Shown here: in pieces, positions 38,752-52,109 of the stretch
Layout: each line of letters begins with the position of its first letter
Position numbering within the stretch: the first letter of the stretch is position 1
Origin: Trichinella spiralis
Lineage: Eukaryota
Reading direction: 5' to 3'
Length of the DNA stretch: 64,000 nt
Assembly (NCBI RefSeq): GCF_000181795.1
Contig: NW_003526941.1
Coordinates: 3,969,637 to 4,033,636, forward strand
Notes under the pieces: generated by a model
What the model was told of the DNA's origin: nothing
Seen by the model: the letters and a program-made list of their open reading frames with translations, nothing else
The model's database searches: none
Program-made: the position numbers and the translations under genes

Positions 38752-41700
38752 TCAAGCATAAAATTCGCGCGTGGGAGCTTTATGGTAAGCGTAAGGATAT
38801 GAAGGAGGCGTTTTTGAATCGTCCAAAGCATAGCTTCCTTCGTCTTTTTTCCGCATTCGATAAACAATGAACATAATAAGCAATATAGCCGCCAACAGTC
38901 CAACCACAGACCCACCAATGACAGCTGAAAATAAATTTCAATTTAAAGAATTATATTACTTTAAAAAAGCCAACATCTAGCCGTGTGTTTACCTGCTAAA
39001 ATTCCAGGTCGTAAAAACGAGTCAATGTCAGCAGGTTCGCTTTTGGACCCGAAAATATTACTAGACGGGGAGAAGGGGTACAACTCCCTGGTCGTAGTAA
39101 AAATACCACCACTACCGCTGCTAGTGGTAGTGCTCACGGGTGATCGGGTACTGCTGAAAGCGACAACGTCTTTGTTTTCATCATGTTCTACCGGCTCATC
39201 CACTGGCTGCGTAAACTAATTTGAAAGAATGCAAACAAATAAATTGGACATTTGCAACAGAATTTGAAATTTCACCCTCACAATATGATCAGTATCGACG
39301 ATGGGACTTGTAGTAGTTTCAACATCGTCCGTCCAAAATGGACGCAAAGTGGTGTCAAACGGCGAGTACCACTGGTAATGCGGCGTAGTGACTTCTGTCG
39401 GAGTGCTAACTGAAGCAGTTTCCTCCGGATGCCACACATCAGGATCAAAATCATAGCCTTAAAATAATTCTCCATTTACAAATCAAAATAGCACACTTAA
39501 AACAGCCCGCAGTAAATTCGACGTTACAAACCCCAACATTTAATGATTATCCTAAAATTGACTATATATATAATTCTCTAATCCTATTTCAGCAACTGCC
39601 ATTAGCAAACGAAAAGAGAGGAAGAAGAACGTGATAAAATTAGTTTTGACAACTGGACTGAAGTTGCATGTGAACAAAAATCGATTAACAAGCAAAATGA
39701 AAATAGCCGTAAGCATAATTTGACAATGTCTCATATTTCAGTGATTAGGAAAAACATAATCAATGCACGAAGTTCCTACACATTATTGCATCATTTCCTG
39801 TTTCAAGCGTATGCAAAAAATAATTCTCCATCTGAAAAAAAGAATTTTACATTCTGTATTCGCTTTTAACATTAATTAAAAAAAATACAGCCTACTGATC
39901 CAACAGAAATAATAAATAAATTTCTTAATATTTTTTAAAATAAAAGTTGAAATTTTATTGTTAAATTTATCTCATCGCCGTCGTCTGCTGCAAGCAATGA
40001 AAACAACTGGATGCCAGAAGTAAATAGCAATAAAAGTAGTCGACTAGAAAGATTCATAAGCAAAAAGAAGAAAAAGTCCGTAAAACACATGCAGGAATGC
40101 ATTTTCTCACAAAAACTACAACTTTAAAATGCTAACTCTGAAAAATATACTCTCCCTGCAAACACTCCATTATATAGAAGCTTAAATTGAAGAAATTTGC
40201 AGTCACTATATTCTCATTATATAAACTGATGGAATTTCGTTGTTGATTAAAAAAACATTTGCTTATATAAATTGCATTTCCTATATATGTTGTATTTAAA
40301 TTTAGATTCAATAATTGAAATGCGCGCATTCCTGAGATAAAAGTCTAATGACATTCAAACGAAGGGCAAGAATGCAAACTAAGCCACACATACACACACA
40401 CTGGGAACTTGTTATGAATCATAAACAGCAATTTCACTAAACGACACAGACATATGTTCTATTCATCTATGTGAACTTACTTAACATTCATTTATTTAAA
40501 TAACAAGTAATTCATAAAGTTGAAATATTAAAAGCGCGCATTATATAGATAGACAAGATACTTTACTTATCACTGAATCGGAATGCCTATTTCTAAATGT
40601 TGAAACTAAATTATTCATAGTTATATCTATGCATAAAATGAAAAAAAATCTCCCCCTAATCAAATTAAACAACATGTAACTCGTGGAAAATAAATTTTGC
40701 TCAAAAAGCCGAAACTGAATAGTATCAAAATGCAATTCAAATAATTCAGCAACATACCAGAAGAGTGGATTTCATCTGGATAACCTAAAAGAGAGAGGAA
40801 AAAAAATATATATTTATTTAATTAAAGCAACATCAGAAAAAAACAGGAGAGAGAAAGAAACATTGAAAATGGCATCCATACCTGAACCTTCAAGATCAGC
40901 ATCTTCGTCATCTGGTCCCAAGCCAGATGCAGTGTCCTCTAAATCTGAAACGCCTGGCCTTTCTCCATGGCCACTACCAATTGTGACATCTTCATTCTGT
41001 GTAAAATTGAAAATTTCTACTTCAACAGTAGAAAAGCAAATAAAAAATTTACATGATATTCGTGACCATCATCTTCGCCGTCACTGTCGTCATCATCATC
41101 GGGTAAATTAACGGAACTTGGGCTCCACTCTTCAAACTTTTCCTGATTGCCGGCGTGCTTATCCAACAGTGAAGAGCTTGCCTCTGCGGCTAACATCTGC
41201 AAAATCGTAAAAGATTTTTTAAAAAAAAAACAAAATATGCTGGCAATAAATGATTGGATTTCAGTTTCTTATATATATTTTTTTATTTCACTAGCGATCG
41301 TGTGCTTCTTGTTTTTTTTCCCTTCTCAGAAGCCATGCAAAAGCTGGCGTTGTGATGAAATTTATTTTTAAAATCAACCATCAGCAGCGTATAGATAGAT
41401 AGATAGATAGATAAAGCAGCAGCGCTGAAGTTTAAATTTGTGAGTTTTTGTTTTTAATGGTTCCACTTTCCAGTGAAAAGTATTCCACTTCCTGTTGCGA
41501 ATTGGTTCAGTTTCCTTGACAAAATGTGCGCGCAGAAATATAATTATACCCTATATCACATTATGCAAGGTTAAACTGTGTCAGTTGTTGCCGTTCCAAG
41601 TTGGAAAATTTGACAAATTGAGCAATTTCACAATTTCTGATCATTCGCAGGCAACGTTGAAAATTGTGGATGATGGAAATATATAAAAGATATATATATA

Positions 41701-44700
41701 TTATCCAAAAAGAAAAAAATAAGAATAACAAGAAATGGGAGAGGTGGCAATTTTTAACGTTGAAAACGGCGGGGTGTCGAACAGGCTGCTGCTGACCTTG
41801 AACGCCGTGGTGCTTATATTGTAGAAGCTTGAACAAATGTCGGCCAGAGGATCGGCGTCCCGCTGTCTTGGGGAAATTGGAACCGAATTCCGTGAAGCTC
41901 AGCGCCAAGTACAAAACAAAAAAATGAAAAGAAATATCAAGCCGGGCTTTTTTCCTCTCCAACAACGAGACAAGCAGAGAAAAGACAATGAGCAACAAAC
42001 AATGGAGGCAAAAGTGATGATGAAAGGAAAAAAAATACCGACCGACCTGCCGGCCGTGTGTATCCAACCGACACAAGTGACCAGTGGTCGTCGCGAGAAA
42101 AAGCGGAAATCGCCGCTGACCATCGTCAGTTGACGACAAGCATGCTACTGGGCAATCGATACGCCTTCGGATGACCTCCGCCGAAGTGGTCAGTCAGTCA
42201 GTCAGTCAGTCAGTCGTCAGCTAGGGAAAAAGAAGAAGCGGCCGGCCAATGCAGAAAATGAATGCTGCTACTGCATGTATAGAAAATATGCTCTGCTCTA
42301 TTCGGCGGCGGTCATGGTGGAATCGCAGCGGGCGTCGGCAACGTCAATCTGGCTTTGGAAACAAAACCCACAGAGCCGGCCGTTTTCTCTCAACGTGCCA
42401 TTGTCGATAATATCTCAATGCTCACTGCCACTCGACAGTGGTGAATCACTTCGTTTTTTTTATCTCTCTTTTCTCTCTCTCTCTCTCTCTAGCCACATTC
42501 ACCATCATGATTCTCAGATTTTTTTTGTACAAACACTGGTCGCGTGCAATGATCAACACATCCAGGGGAAAATAGTGAAATGAATTTAAGCAATAAGCAA
42601 TTAATTAAAATTGAAGAAAAGTGGCGCGTTGGATGGATGATTCAACCCTACAGAATGGAAAATTATTTTATTGGGCGGGGGAAAATTGGCGAAAAGCCCC
42701 CTCAGTTGTTTCAGGCTTATGTTCCATTGAAACTGTTTGGCGAGCATCCCTTTCACCNNNNNNNNNNCCATTTACAAATCAAAATAGCACACTTAAAACA
42801 GCCGCAGTAAATTCGACGTTACAAACCCCAACATTTAATGATTATCCTAAAATTGACTATATATATAATTCTCTAATCCTATTTCAGCAACTGTCATTAG
42901 CAAACGAAAAGAGAGGAAGAAGAACGTGATAAAATTAGTTTTGACAACTGGACTGAAGTTGCATGTGAACAAAAATCGATTAACAAGCAAAATGAAAATA
43001 GCCGTAAGCATAATTTGACAATGTCTCATATTTCAGTGATTAGGAAAAACATAATCAATGCACGAAGTTCCTACACATTATTGCATCATTTCCTGTTTCA
43101 AGCGTATGCAAAAAATAATTATCCATCCGAAAAAAAGAATTTTACATTCTGTATTCGCTTTTAACATTAATTAAAAAAATACGGCCTACTGATCCAACAG
43201 AAATAATAAATAAATTTCTTAATATTTTTTAAAATAAAAGTTGAAATTTTATTGTTAAATTTATCTCATCGCCGTCGTCTGCTGCAAGCAATGAAAACAA
43301 CTGGATGCCAGAAGTAAATGGCAATAAAAGTAGTCGACTAGAAAGATTCATAAGCAAAAAGAAGAAAAAGTCCGTAAAACACATGCAGGAATGCATTTTC
43401 TCACAAAAACTACAACTTTAAAATGCTAACTCTGAAAAATATACTCTCCCTGCAAACACTCCATTATATAGAAGCTTAAATTGAAGAAATTTGCAGTCAC
43501 TATATTCTTATTATATAAACTGATGGAATTTCGTTGTTGATTAAAAAAACATTTGCTTATATAAATTGCATTTCCTATATATGTTGTATTTAAATTTAGA
43601 TTCAATAATTGAAATGCGCGCATTCCTGAGATAAAAGTCTAATGACATTCAAACGAAGGGCAAGAATGCAAACTAAGCCACACATACACACACACTGGGA
43701 ACTTGTTATGAATCATAAACAGCAATTTCACTAAACGACACAGACATATGTTCTATTCATCTATGTGAACTTACTTAACATTCATTTATTTAAATAACAA
43801 GTAATTCATAAAGTTGAAATATTAAAAGCGCGCATCATATAGATAGACAAGATACTTTACTTATCACTGAATCGGAATGCCTATTTCTAAATGTTGAAAC
43901 TAAATTATTCATAGTTATATCTATGCATAAAATGAAAAAAAATCTCCCCCTTATCAAATTAAACAACATGTAACTCGTGGAAAATAAATTTTGCTCAAAA
44001 AGCCGAAACTGAATAGTATCAAAATGCAATTCAAATAATTCAGCAACATACCAGAAGAGTGGATTTCATCTGGATAACCTAAAAGAGAGAGAAAAAGAAA
44101 TATATATATATTTATTTAATTAAAGCAACATCAGAAAAAAACAGGAGAGAGAAAGAAACATTGAATATTGCATCCATACCTGAACCTTCAAGATCAGCAT
44201 CTTCGTCATCTGGTCCCAAGCCAGATGCAGTGTCCTCTAAATCTGAAACGCCTGGCCTTTCTCCATGGCCACTACCAATTGTGACATCTTCATTCTGTGT
44301 AAAATTGAAAATTTCTACTTCAACAGTAGAAAAGCAAATAAAAAATTTACATGATATTCGTGACCATCATCTTCGCCGTCACTGTCGTCATCATCATCGG
44401 GTAAATTAACGGAACTTGGGCTCCACTCTTCAAACTTTTCCTGATTGCCGGCGTGCTTATCCAACAGTGAAGAGCTTGCCTCTGCGGCTAACATCTGCAA
44501 AATCGTAAAAGATTTTTAAAAAAAAAAACAAAATATGCTGGCAATAAATGATTGGATTTCAGTTTCTTATATATATTTTTTTATTTCACTAGCGATCGTG
44601 TGCTTCTTGTTTTTTTTCCCTTCTCAGAAGCCATGCAAAAGCTGGCGTTGTGATGAAATTTATTTTTAAAATCAACCATCAGCAGCGTATAGATAGATAG

Positions 44701-46498
44701 ATAGATAGATAAAGCAGCAGCGCTGAAGTTTAAATTTGTGAGTTTTTGTTTTTAATGGTTCCACTTTCCAGTGAAAAGTATTCCACTTCCTGTTGCGAAT
44801 TGGTTCAGTTTCCTTGACAAAATGTGCGCGCAGAAATATAATTATACCCTATATCACATTATGCAAGGTTAAACTGTGTCAGTTGTTGCCGTTCCAAGTT
44901 GGAAAATTTGACAAATTGAGCAATTTCACAATTTCTGATCATTCGCAGGCAACGTTGAAAATTGTGGATGATGGAAATATATAAAAGATATATATATATT
45001 ATCCAAAAAGAAAAAAATAAGAATAACAAGAAATGGGAGAGGTGGCAATTTTGAACGTTGAAAACGGCGGGGTGTCGAACAGGCTGCTGCTGACCTTGAA
45101 CGCCGTGGTGCTTATATTGTAGAAGCTTGAACAAATGTCGGCCAGAGGATCGGCGTCCCGCTGTCTTGGGGAAATTGGAACCGAATTCCGTGAAGCTCAG
45201 CGCCAAGTACAAAACAAAAAAATGAAAAGAAATATCAAGCCGGGCTTTTTTCCTCTCCAACAACGAGACAAGCAGAGAAAAGACAATGAGCAACAAACAA
45301 TGGAGGCAAAAGTGAAGATGAGGATGATGAAAGGAAAAAAAATACCGACCGACCTGCCGGCCGTGTGTATCCAACCGACACAAGTGACCAGTGGTCGTCG
45401 CGAGAAAAAGCGGAAATCGCCGCTGACCATCGTCAGTTGACGACAAGCATGCTACTGGGCAATCGATACGCCTTCGGATGACCTCCGCCGAAGTGGTCAG
45501 TCAGTCAGTCAGTCAGTCAGTCGTCAGCTAGGGAAAAAGAAGAAGCGGCCGGCCAATGCAGAAAATGAATGCTGCTACTGCATGTATAGAAAATATGCTC
45601 TGCTCTATTCGGCGGCGGTCATGGTGGAATCGCAGCGGGCGTCGGCAACGTCAATCTGGCTTTGGAAACAAAACCCACAGAGCCGGCCGTTTTCTCTCAA
45701 CGTGCCATTGTCGATAATATCTCAATGCTCAACTGCCACTCGACAGTGGTGAATCACTTCGTTTTTTTTATCTCTCTTTCTCTCTCTCTCTCTCTCTAGC
45801 CACATTCACCATCATGATTCTCAGATTTTTTTTGTACAAACACTGGTCGCGTGCAATGAACAACACATCCAGGGGAAAATAGTGAAATGAAATTAAGCAA
45901 ATAAGCAAATAAATAAAATTGAAGAAAAGTGGGCGTTGGATGGATGAATCAAGCCGACAGAGTGGAAATTATTTATTGGCCGGGGGAAAATTGCGAAAAG
46001 CCCCCCAGTTGTTCAGGGCTAATGTTCCATTGAAACTGTTCGGCGGCATCCTTTCACCGACAGCTACTGAAACAGTGCAGCGAATTGGTGGAAAATTCAA
46101 AATGAACCAGAAAAAAGTGAACCAGAAACAAATTGACCCGGACAAGCGAACAAAGCGCCAACGTGGACCGCTTCCACAGTAAAAGCACAGAAGGGGCTGT
46201 GCAAATAATAAAAAACAATAACGCGTCGGCTTGCTGAACAGTAGCCAGAAAAAGACAACGCAAGCAAACAATCAATACCGACATTGGGCAATTGAGGAAA
46301 TGTTCACCATGGGAAAAGTGGAGAAAGTTGAGTTGTTTCAAGAGCACAAAGCTGATGGACAGAATATTTATAATAAAACAGAGAACGATAAAATAAAAAA
46401 GATTAAAATTCAAGCCGAAGCCAACTTACCCAATAGAAAAGCGGTGATGTAAAAAGGAAAAAAAATGGACGAAAAACAACCAAGTGGCAACACTTCAT
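38752..46498 (-). CDS. sdn-1: Syndecan heparan-sulfate proteoglycan
   Basis: Exon 1 46498-46430 encodes most of a signal peptide. Acidic SG sites ([18 protein letters not shown]), Thr-rich spacer, [24 protein letters not shown]1 [11 protein letters not shown] and C2 EFYA-stop. Exons 2-4 appear twice because of the gap duplication. Confidence 0.95.
39472..46058. repeat. Direct duplication 39472-42757 / 42768-46058 across a 10-N gap
   Basis: Near-identical copies with the gap at 42758-42767; small SNPs and indels, e.g. an extra 9 nt near 45314. Confidence 0.95.
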
Positions 46499-47386
46499 CG
46501 TCCAAATTCGAGTTCCCGGCTAAAATTCAGTTCAATTCATCACATCGCTCACAAAAGCGAACAAGAGCAACAACAACAACACCAGCCCACCAGTCTTATA
46601 GCGCGATACACCACTTTTCTACAGTATGATTCTCTGCAAACTGATTTGAAGGTGCAATGAACTGTTCGGCGCCAACTACCGACCAACTGCTGGCCACAGA
46701 TTTGGACGAAATTAATTTATAAGAACAAATGTGTTGATTTTAAACGTAAAAATTCATTTTTTCAGATAAAATGTTAAATTTCCTAAAATGCAATTTGTAT
46801 CTTTTTTTCTTGGAAAAGTTATCAACCGAAATATGGTTGATCATGCATGCATAAAACAAGTTTTCATGCATTAATTTCAAATTGCTACCCAATACCAATT
46901 CCATGCTATACAACTATTCAAAGAATTTATGCCCACGAGCATTTTAAAATTCTTTATTAAATGTATTTCTCTGAATGCTCAATTTACTACACGTTGACTG
47001 GTCAGTTCATTTTATTGAATTTTTTCTTGTAAAAGCATCATTTTTTATTTTTGGAACCTCTACAGGTTATACTTTTTTTTCATTTTCAATGAAATACAAT
47101 TTAAATAAATGACCGTCATAAATGCAAATAGGACTACTGTGCAAAGTATAGTTCTGTAAATTACATTAAAATTCAAAATATTTGTTAGTCGTACTGCATT
47201 AATTGCATTAATTGTTGGTGGAATTTCTAATAAAAATTAAACCAAAAGTTTTAGAAACCGCTTTCAAAAAAACATTACAAATTAATTACTTTGCTCAAAA
47301 ATACAAATTGTTCATTCGAATAAAGAAGCAAAAGAATAAAACTTGTTCAGCGTTCAATTTAATATAATTGCTAAAACAGGCAGAAA

Positions 47387-47632
47387 TTATACGTAAATTC
47401 CAACCCATAAAAGCAAAAATAGAACACCGACACCCATAAAAGCGGATGCAACCAGGGCCAATAAAATTTCTTTCAACAAATTCCGGGTAAATTTACTGCT
47501 GGTCACTTCGTATACCATAAACCATGCGGCGAAAAAAAGACCAATACTCAGTAACGTAACTGCCAGCGGTGGATAGACAGCAGGATTAATAGGAGCGACG
47601 TAACGATTCATCGATTCAATCTTCACATCCAT
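47387..47632 (-). CDS. TMEM258: TMEM258 / OST subunit (UPF0197), intronless CDS
   Basis: [43 protein letters not shown]...LLLWVGIYV. Confidence 0.95.
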   Translation of the reverse strand: MDVKIESMNRYVAPINPAVYPPLAVTLLSIGLFFAAWFMVYEVTSSKFTRNLLKEILLALVASAFMGVGVLFLLLWVGIYV

Positions 47633-47916
47633 TGCGCAAAATGATACTACTAAAATCTGCAAATCTTCATCCTCATATTTTACATTAAACTAAAATCAAG
47701 AATGCAAAATATAAAGTACGAATACGACATTGTGCAACTTCAAATTTTTCAAAACCGATCAAGCAAGTAGCAGTCATTTATTACAGTACAAACAGACGAA
47801 CACTACTACCAGAGATAAAGAATATAGCAATCTGCAACAGCAATTTTTCAAATGAAATGTTCAAAACAATAGCACAAGCTTTTTCATATTCTAAAATATT
47901 ACCTCATACCAATAAA

Positions 47917-49901
47917 TTAACTAAAATCTCTATTTGGCAACAAAATCGGTGCCACCAAAGTCCAAAAATACAAAGCATTGCAAATCCAAGTGCTTGCAAT
48001 TTTTACCCAAACACTGGACCAATTGCTATTCAACTTTGTCAAATCCGCATCTTCAGGTCTGTAAAAGAATTATTTAGTTGCAAGTGCTTAACAGTAATTT
48101 AAAAAAAATGAAAATAAAAACAAAATTAACTCACTTGTACCAATTCGTCAAAGACATCATAACATACAATGTTGCCAAAAAGAAAACGAAATGAACAAAT
48201 GAATAACTGTACGGTACTTCATCACTTTCATTGTCCAAAATATTTCCGTTCTCAGCATCGCCCTTCGTTCCTAAAAAATTAAAGTACATAATATTTCATC
48301 AGAAGTCATATTTTAATGTAAAAAACCATTCGTCATCATAGGAGCTTCACCGCCTCCAGTTAATTTATCAGCGGAAGAGCCACTGGATGTTCGAAAGCTA
48401 AACATAAAAAAAAGTTTCATCTATCTATAAAAGTTTCATGGCAAAAAATTAGCCAACCTTGTGTACATCACCGTTAGCAACCAAATTGCCATACCAACAA
48501 TTGACGAAGAAGAAACCGTAGCGTATGCTTTGTCAGAAGTTTCCGGTGTAATTGTTGAATTGCCAGGAAAGAATATTTTCATTATGCTTGGATTGCACAC
48601 TGGGTCTTAAAAAGAAATTATAAAAATTTTGAACTGGAATAAACAAAAAGTTAACTTTACCCAGCTCATTAGACATTGCCGACCAAGTAAGATACATCGT
48701 ATAAAGGGTAATAACGCTAGCCTGCAACAAGCCAGACCGCGGCTGATGCTTCTGAATGACGGGCAAAATGGCAAAAACCGATATAACAATTGAAACAATC
48801 AAGTTCACTGATATCACAGTTCGATTTAAAATACAAGAAGAATCCTATTCAAAAAGAAACATATTCAATTAAACAATCCATACATTTTTATAAACTTACA
48901 TTAGCGTAATACATGTAAAAGAGAACAACCATAGCAATAGACAAGCCATAATTCAAAACTGTGCACAAACATAATGCTGAAAAAAACAAAACAGTTTTTC
49001 AGTTGCCAAAAATCACCAAACAAAAGAAAATAATAAAATACCTGCAAGCCATCTTCGATTGTCCGACTCTTCGTATTTACCAACCCAGTTTTCAGCCCAG
49101 GAGTGTGCAAAATCAACAAGCAAAATTAACTGTATTAAAATAAAGCAAAATGCGCCAATCATTCCAATATAAAACCACACTATAATACAGTTTAAACAAT
49201 AAGGAAAATGCAGCAATTGATCTGAAACCGATGTTTTTACCAACTGAAAATTCGCCATACGGAATATAAAATGCGCCAACAGCTAAAGCGATAAGCGCAA
49301 CGAATTTGAAAAACCAAAATCTTAAAAATAAATTAATAAAATAATTATAATTTTAACAAACTTCCAGAAAGTACCCATTTTGAATTTTCGTTCTCGGGTC
49401 ACGTGATGAACGCACTCTAAGCATAAATATCATGAATACGAAGAAGAATATAGCCGTAGCAAAGCACATGCGATAAACCGCTTGATAGCCAGTGGCTCGT
49501 TCACATTCAAAATTTAGCCATTGATTGCAAAACCAACTACTCTAAATTTATTAATTAAATACCATTAATATTAGCAAAATACTGAAGCATAGTTTAACAA
49601 CATTCCATAACTTTAAACATTTTGCTTTGAAATCAAAACCATTACCTTAGCCAACTTGTCTTGAACGCCTGGAGAAAGCATTATCATAGAAACTATCGCA
49701 CTGGTGATAAGCATTACAGCGTACATAAGTCTCGAACAAGCAGGAGAAGCACTGGAGCAGAGACTGCAAGCGGCGCTGCCGAAACAGCAGGCAAGCTAAA
49801 AATGGGGATTTTCAACGCAAAAATATGATAATACTTTTCGAAATTTACATTACCTGTGAAGCACATGATCCAAGACCAAGAATTCCCAAAACTGCACCCA
49901 T
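47917..49901 (-). CDS. SERINC: Serine incorporator (SERINC/TMS1) multipass membrane protein
   Basis: MGAVLG...[62 protein letters not shown]...[15 protein letters not shown]. Confidence 0.96.
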
Positions 49902-51204
49902 AATTATTAGCCCAACACAAACTGGACTCAACACAGCCCAATGACAGTAATATGGAAAATTCGCTCAGGTACACTTACAGTTTTGTTGACGTCATGCTTC
50001 ACCATGTAAAAATTTCCAACAAATTTTGAGCTTGAAATAAATTTTAAAATAATTAATAAAATTTATTAAATTTTTTTTATTTTTTAGATGTATCTACTAG
50101 CGCGAATATACGAATGCTACATCTTGAGCGAACGTATAAGCGCGAGCACGTTTTGATTGGTCAACTTTCATTCGATGGCACGCCCGCTCTTCTTTGCACT
50201 GCCATATTTTCATTATTCTGAAATTGTGATCAAAATATTGAAATTAAATAATTTTCACATCTTTTAAAGTACTTTTAAAATGATCAACTTTAAAATTTTA
50301 TTAAAAATGATAACGTAACTGAAAAAACAGGTGTCCCTAATTATTTTTTTGGTGATTACAGTAAATAGTTTTTGTTTATTTCGTTTTTGGTTATAATATG
50401 ATAAGAAAAATAATTTGCTTAGAAGTTGATTGGTTTTCAAGAATGAAAATTTAAATAAATACATCCGAAAATAAATTTTACCTCTCATGACAAACCAATC
50501 ATCATACGCATGGTGAAAGACAAAATGCATGATTAAAAAAATCTTAAATAAAAATCTAAAAATATAATTTATGATTTATACAAAAATAAAAGAAATCTGC
50601 ATTTAAGTGCTAGCGTTTAAATTACGAATACATGCATGTATGCATGCGGCACTGATTACCCGATGCTTTATTGATTATAATTATGTAGGAAGAAGTATAT
50701 TACTTGTTTGAATTATTTACGCTTACAAAAGTTTGAAATTTTATCACAATGTAATTAATATTAATAAAATAGAAAATAAAATAATAATTGATTGAAGTTG
50801 AAGAAATAGGCAATTTAAAAATAAAATTTCACATTTTCATTTGTAGAGTGTTAATGAAATTGCAGATGTAAATGTTTTGTATAATAGAATAGTTGAAATT
50901 CTGGTGACCACTTGAATGAAAGATTTGTTTGTAATTTAATTCAATTTCTTTGTTCTTCTTCAAGCTGTAAGAATGTTTTCCAAAGCGTTCAATAGGCAGA
51001 GATGTAAGAATACAGGTGCTGAAGGATAATAATATTATTTCTGCTTATTCAATAGGTGGAGGAAACCGCCAACGAGGAGGCGGGGGGCTATGGCTATTGG
51101 TCACCACAGCAGGCTAATAAGTGGCTTGTCAACTGTTCCTTTCAACTGCGACTGAACCACCATTTTCCTGTCGATCATCATCATAACGCTGAAATCAGTT
51201 ACCC

Positions 51205-52109
51205 ATGGCCTTTATACCTAAATTAATCACTCTTCTATCCATAACAGTGACAATTTTCATTCCAACTTCCGTTTTAAGCAAAAACGAAGATTCCTCTGGT
51301 CTCCAAACTATTGGCGTATATGATGACGGGGAATATTTAGATGGTGAGTATAAATTTAAAAAAATTTAATTAAAAATTTTTCTGATTTAACACAATTCTA
51401 CATATTTATTTATAAACACAATTTCCAATTACATATCCAACTTTTGACATTTATGAATAATTGAATTCTAATAATAACATATTCCGAATTAATAATTTAA
51501 ACGAGTTATTTTCCATTATTTCTTTTATTTTTATATCAAAATTACAACAACAATAACATTTCAAACAATTCATGAATGAACATTTCGGTTCACAGATACT
51601 GTGCTATGAAATGTGAACTGATTTATGAAATTTTAGATTATTTTGAACTTACAAAGCGAGATCTAGAACCAGTATATACGGGTGATAAATAAAACTGTTG
51701 TTTACTTGATTTATTATTTAAAAACAATATGTTTACAGATTTACGTTCAGTTCCTAGTTTTCTTCGATTTGGCAGAAACATGAACAACCCGTAAGTGTGT
51801 GTGTGTGTGTGTGTGTGCATGAGTCTTAATTCATGGTTGTAATTTTGTGGAAATTTGAAATTAAAAAAATAATGCTATTACAGAGTTATGCGCTCAGTTT
51901 TGGAACCCAACTTCATACGTTTCGGTAGAAACAGCCCAAACTTTCTGCGATTTGGTCGTGCAGCTGCAGCAAATTTCCTTCGCTTCGGCCGTGCATCTCC
52001 AAATTTCTTAAGATTTGGCAAAGCAAATCCGAATTTTCTGCGGTTTGGTCGTGATTCAGACCTGAACCGGCATTATCGTGCAGCACCAAATTTCCTCCGT
52101 TTTGGCTAA
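51205..52109 (+). CDS. flp-1: FMRFamide-like neuropeptide precursor (PNFLRFamide family), 153 aa
   Basis: Exons 51205-51343, 51637-51681, 51739-51790 and 51884-52109. Signal peptide plus seven RFG peptides: [59 protein letters not shown]. Confidence 0.92.
51795..51817. repeat. (GT)n microsatellite in a flp-1 intron
   Basis: Read directly. Confidence 0.9.

Noticed and set aside
41561..42139. 192-aa minus-strand ORF (and its 195-aa copy at 44859-45446)
   Set aside because: It starts at TTG, is low-complexity and Phe/Leu-rich, lies in syndecan intron 1 and has no recognisable domain.
49987..49994. Perfect CRE palindrome TGACGTCA upstream of SERINC
   Set aside because: A single 8-mer is expected by chance in a window of this size, and nothing else supports it.
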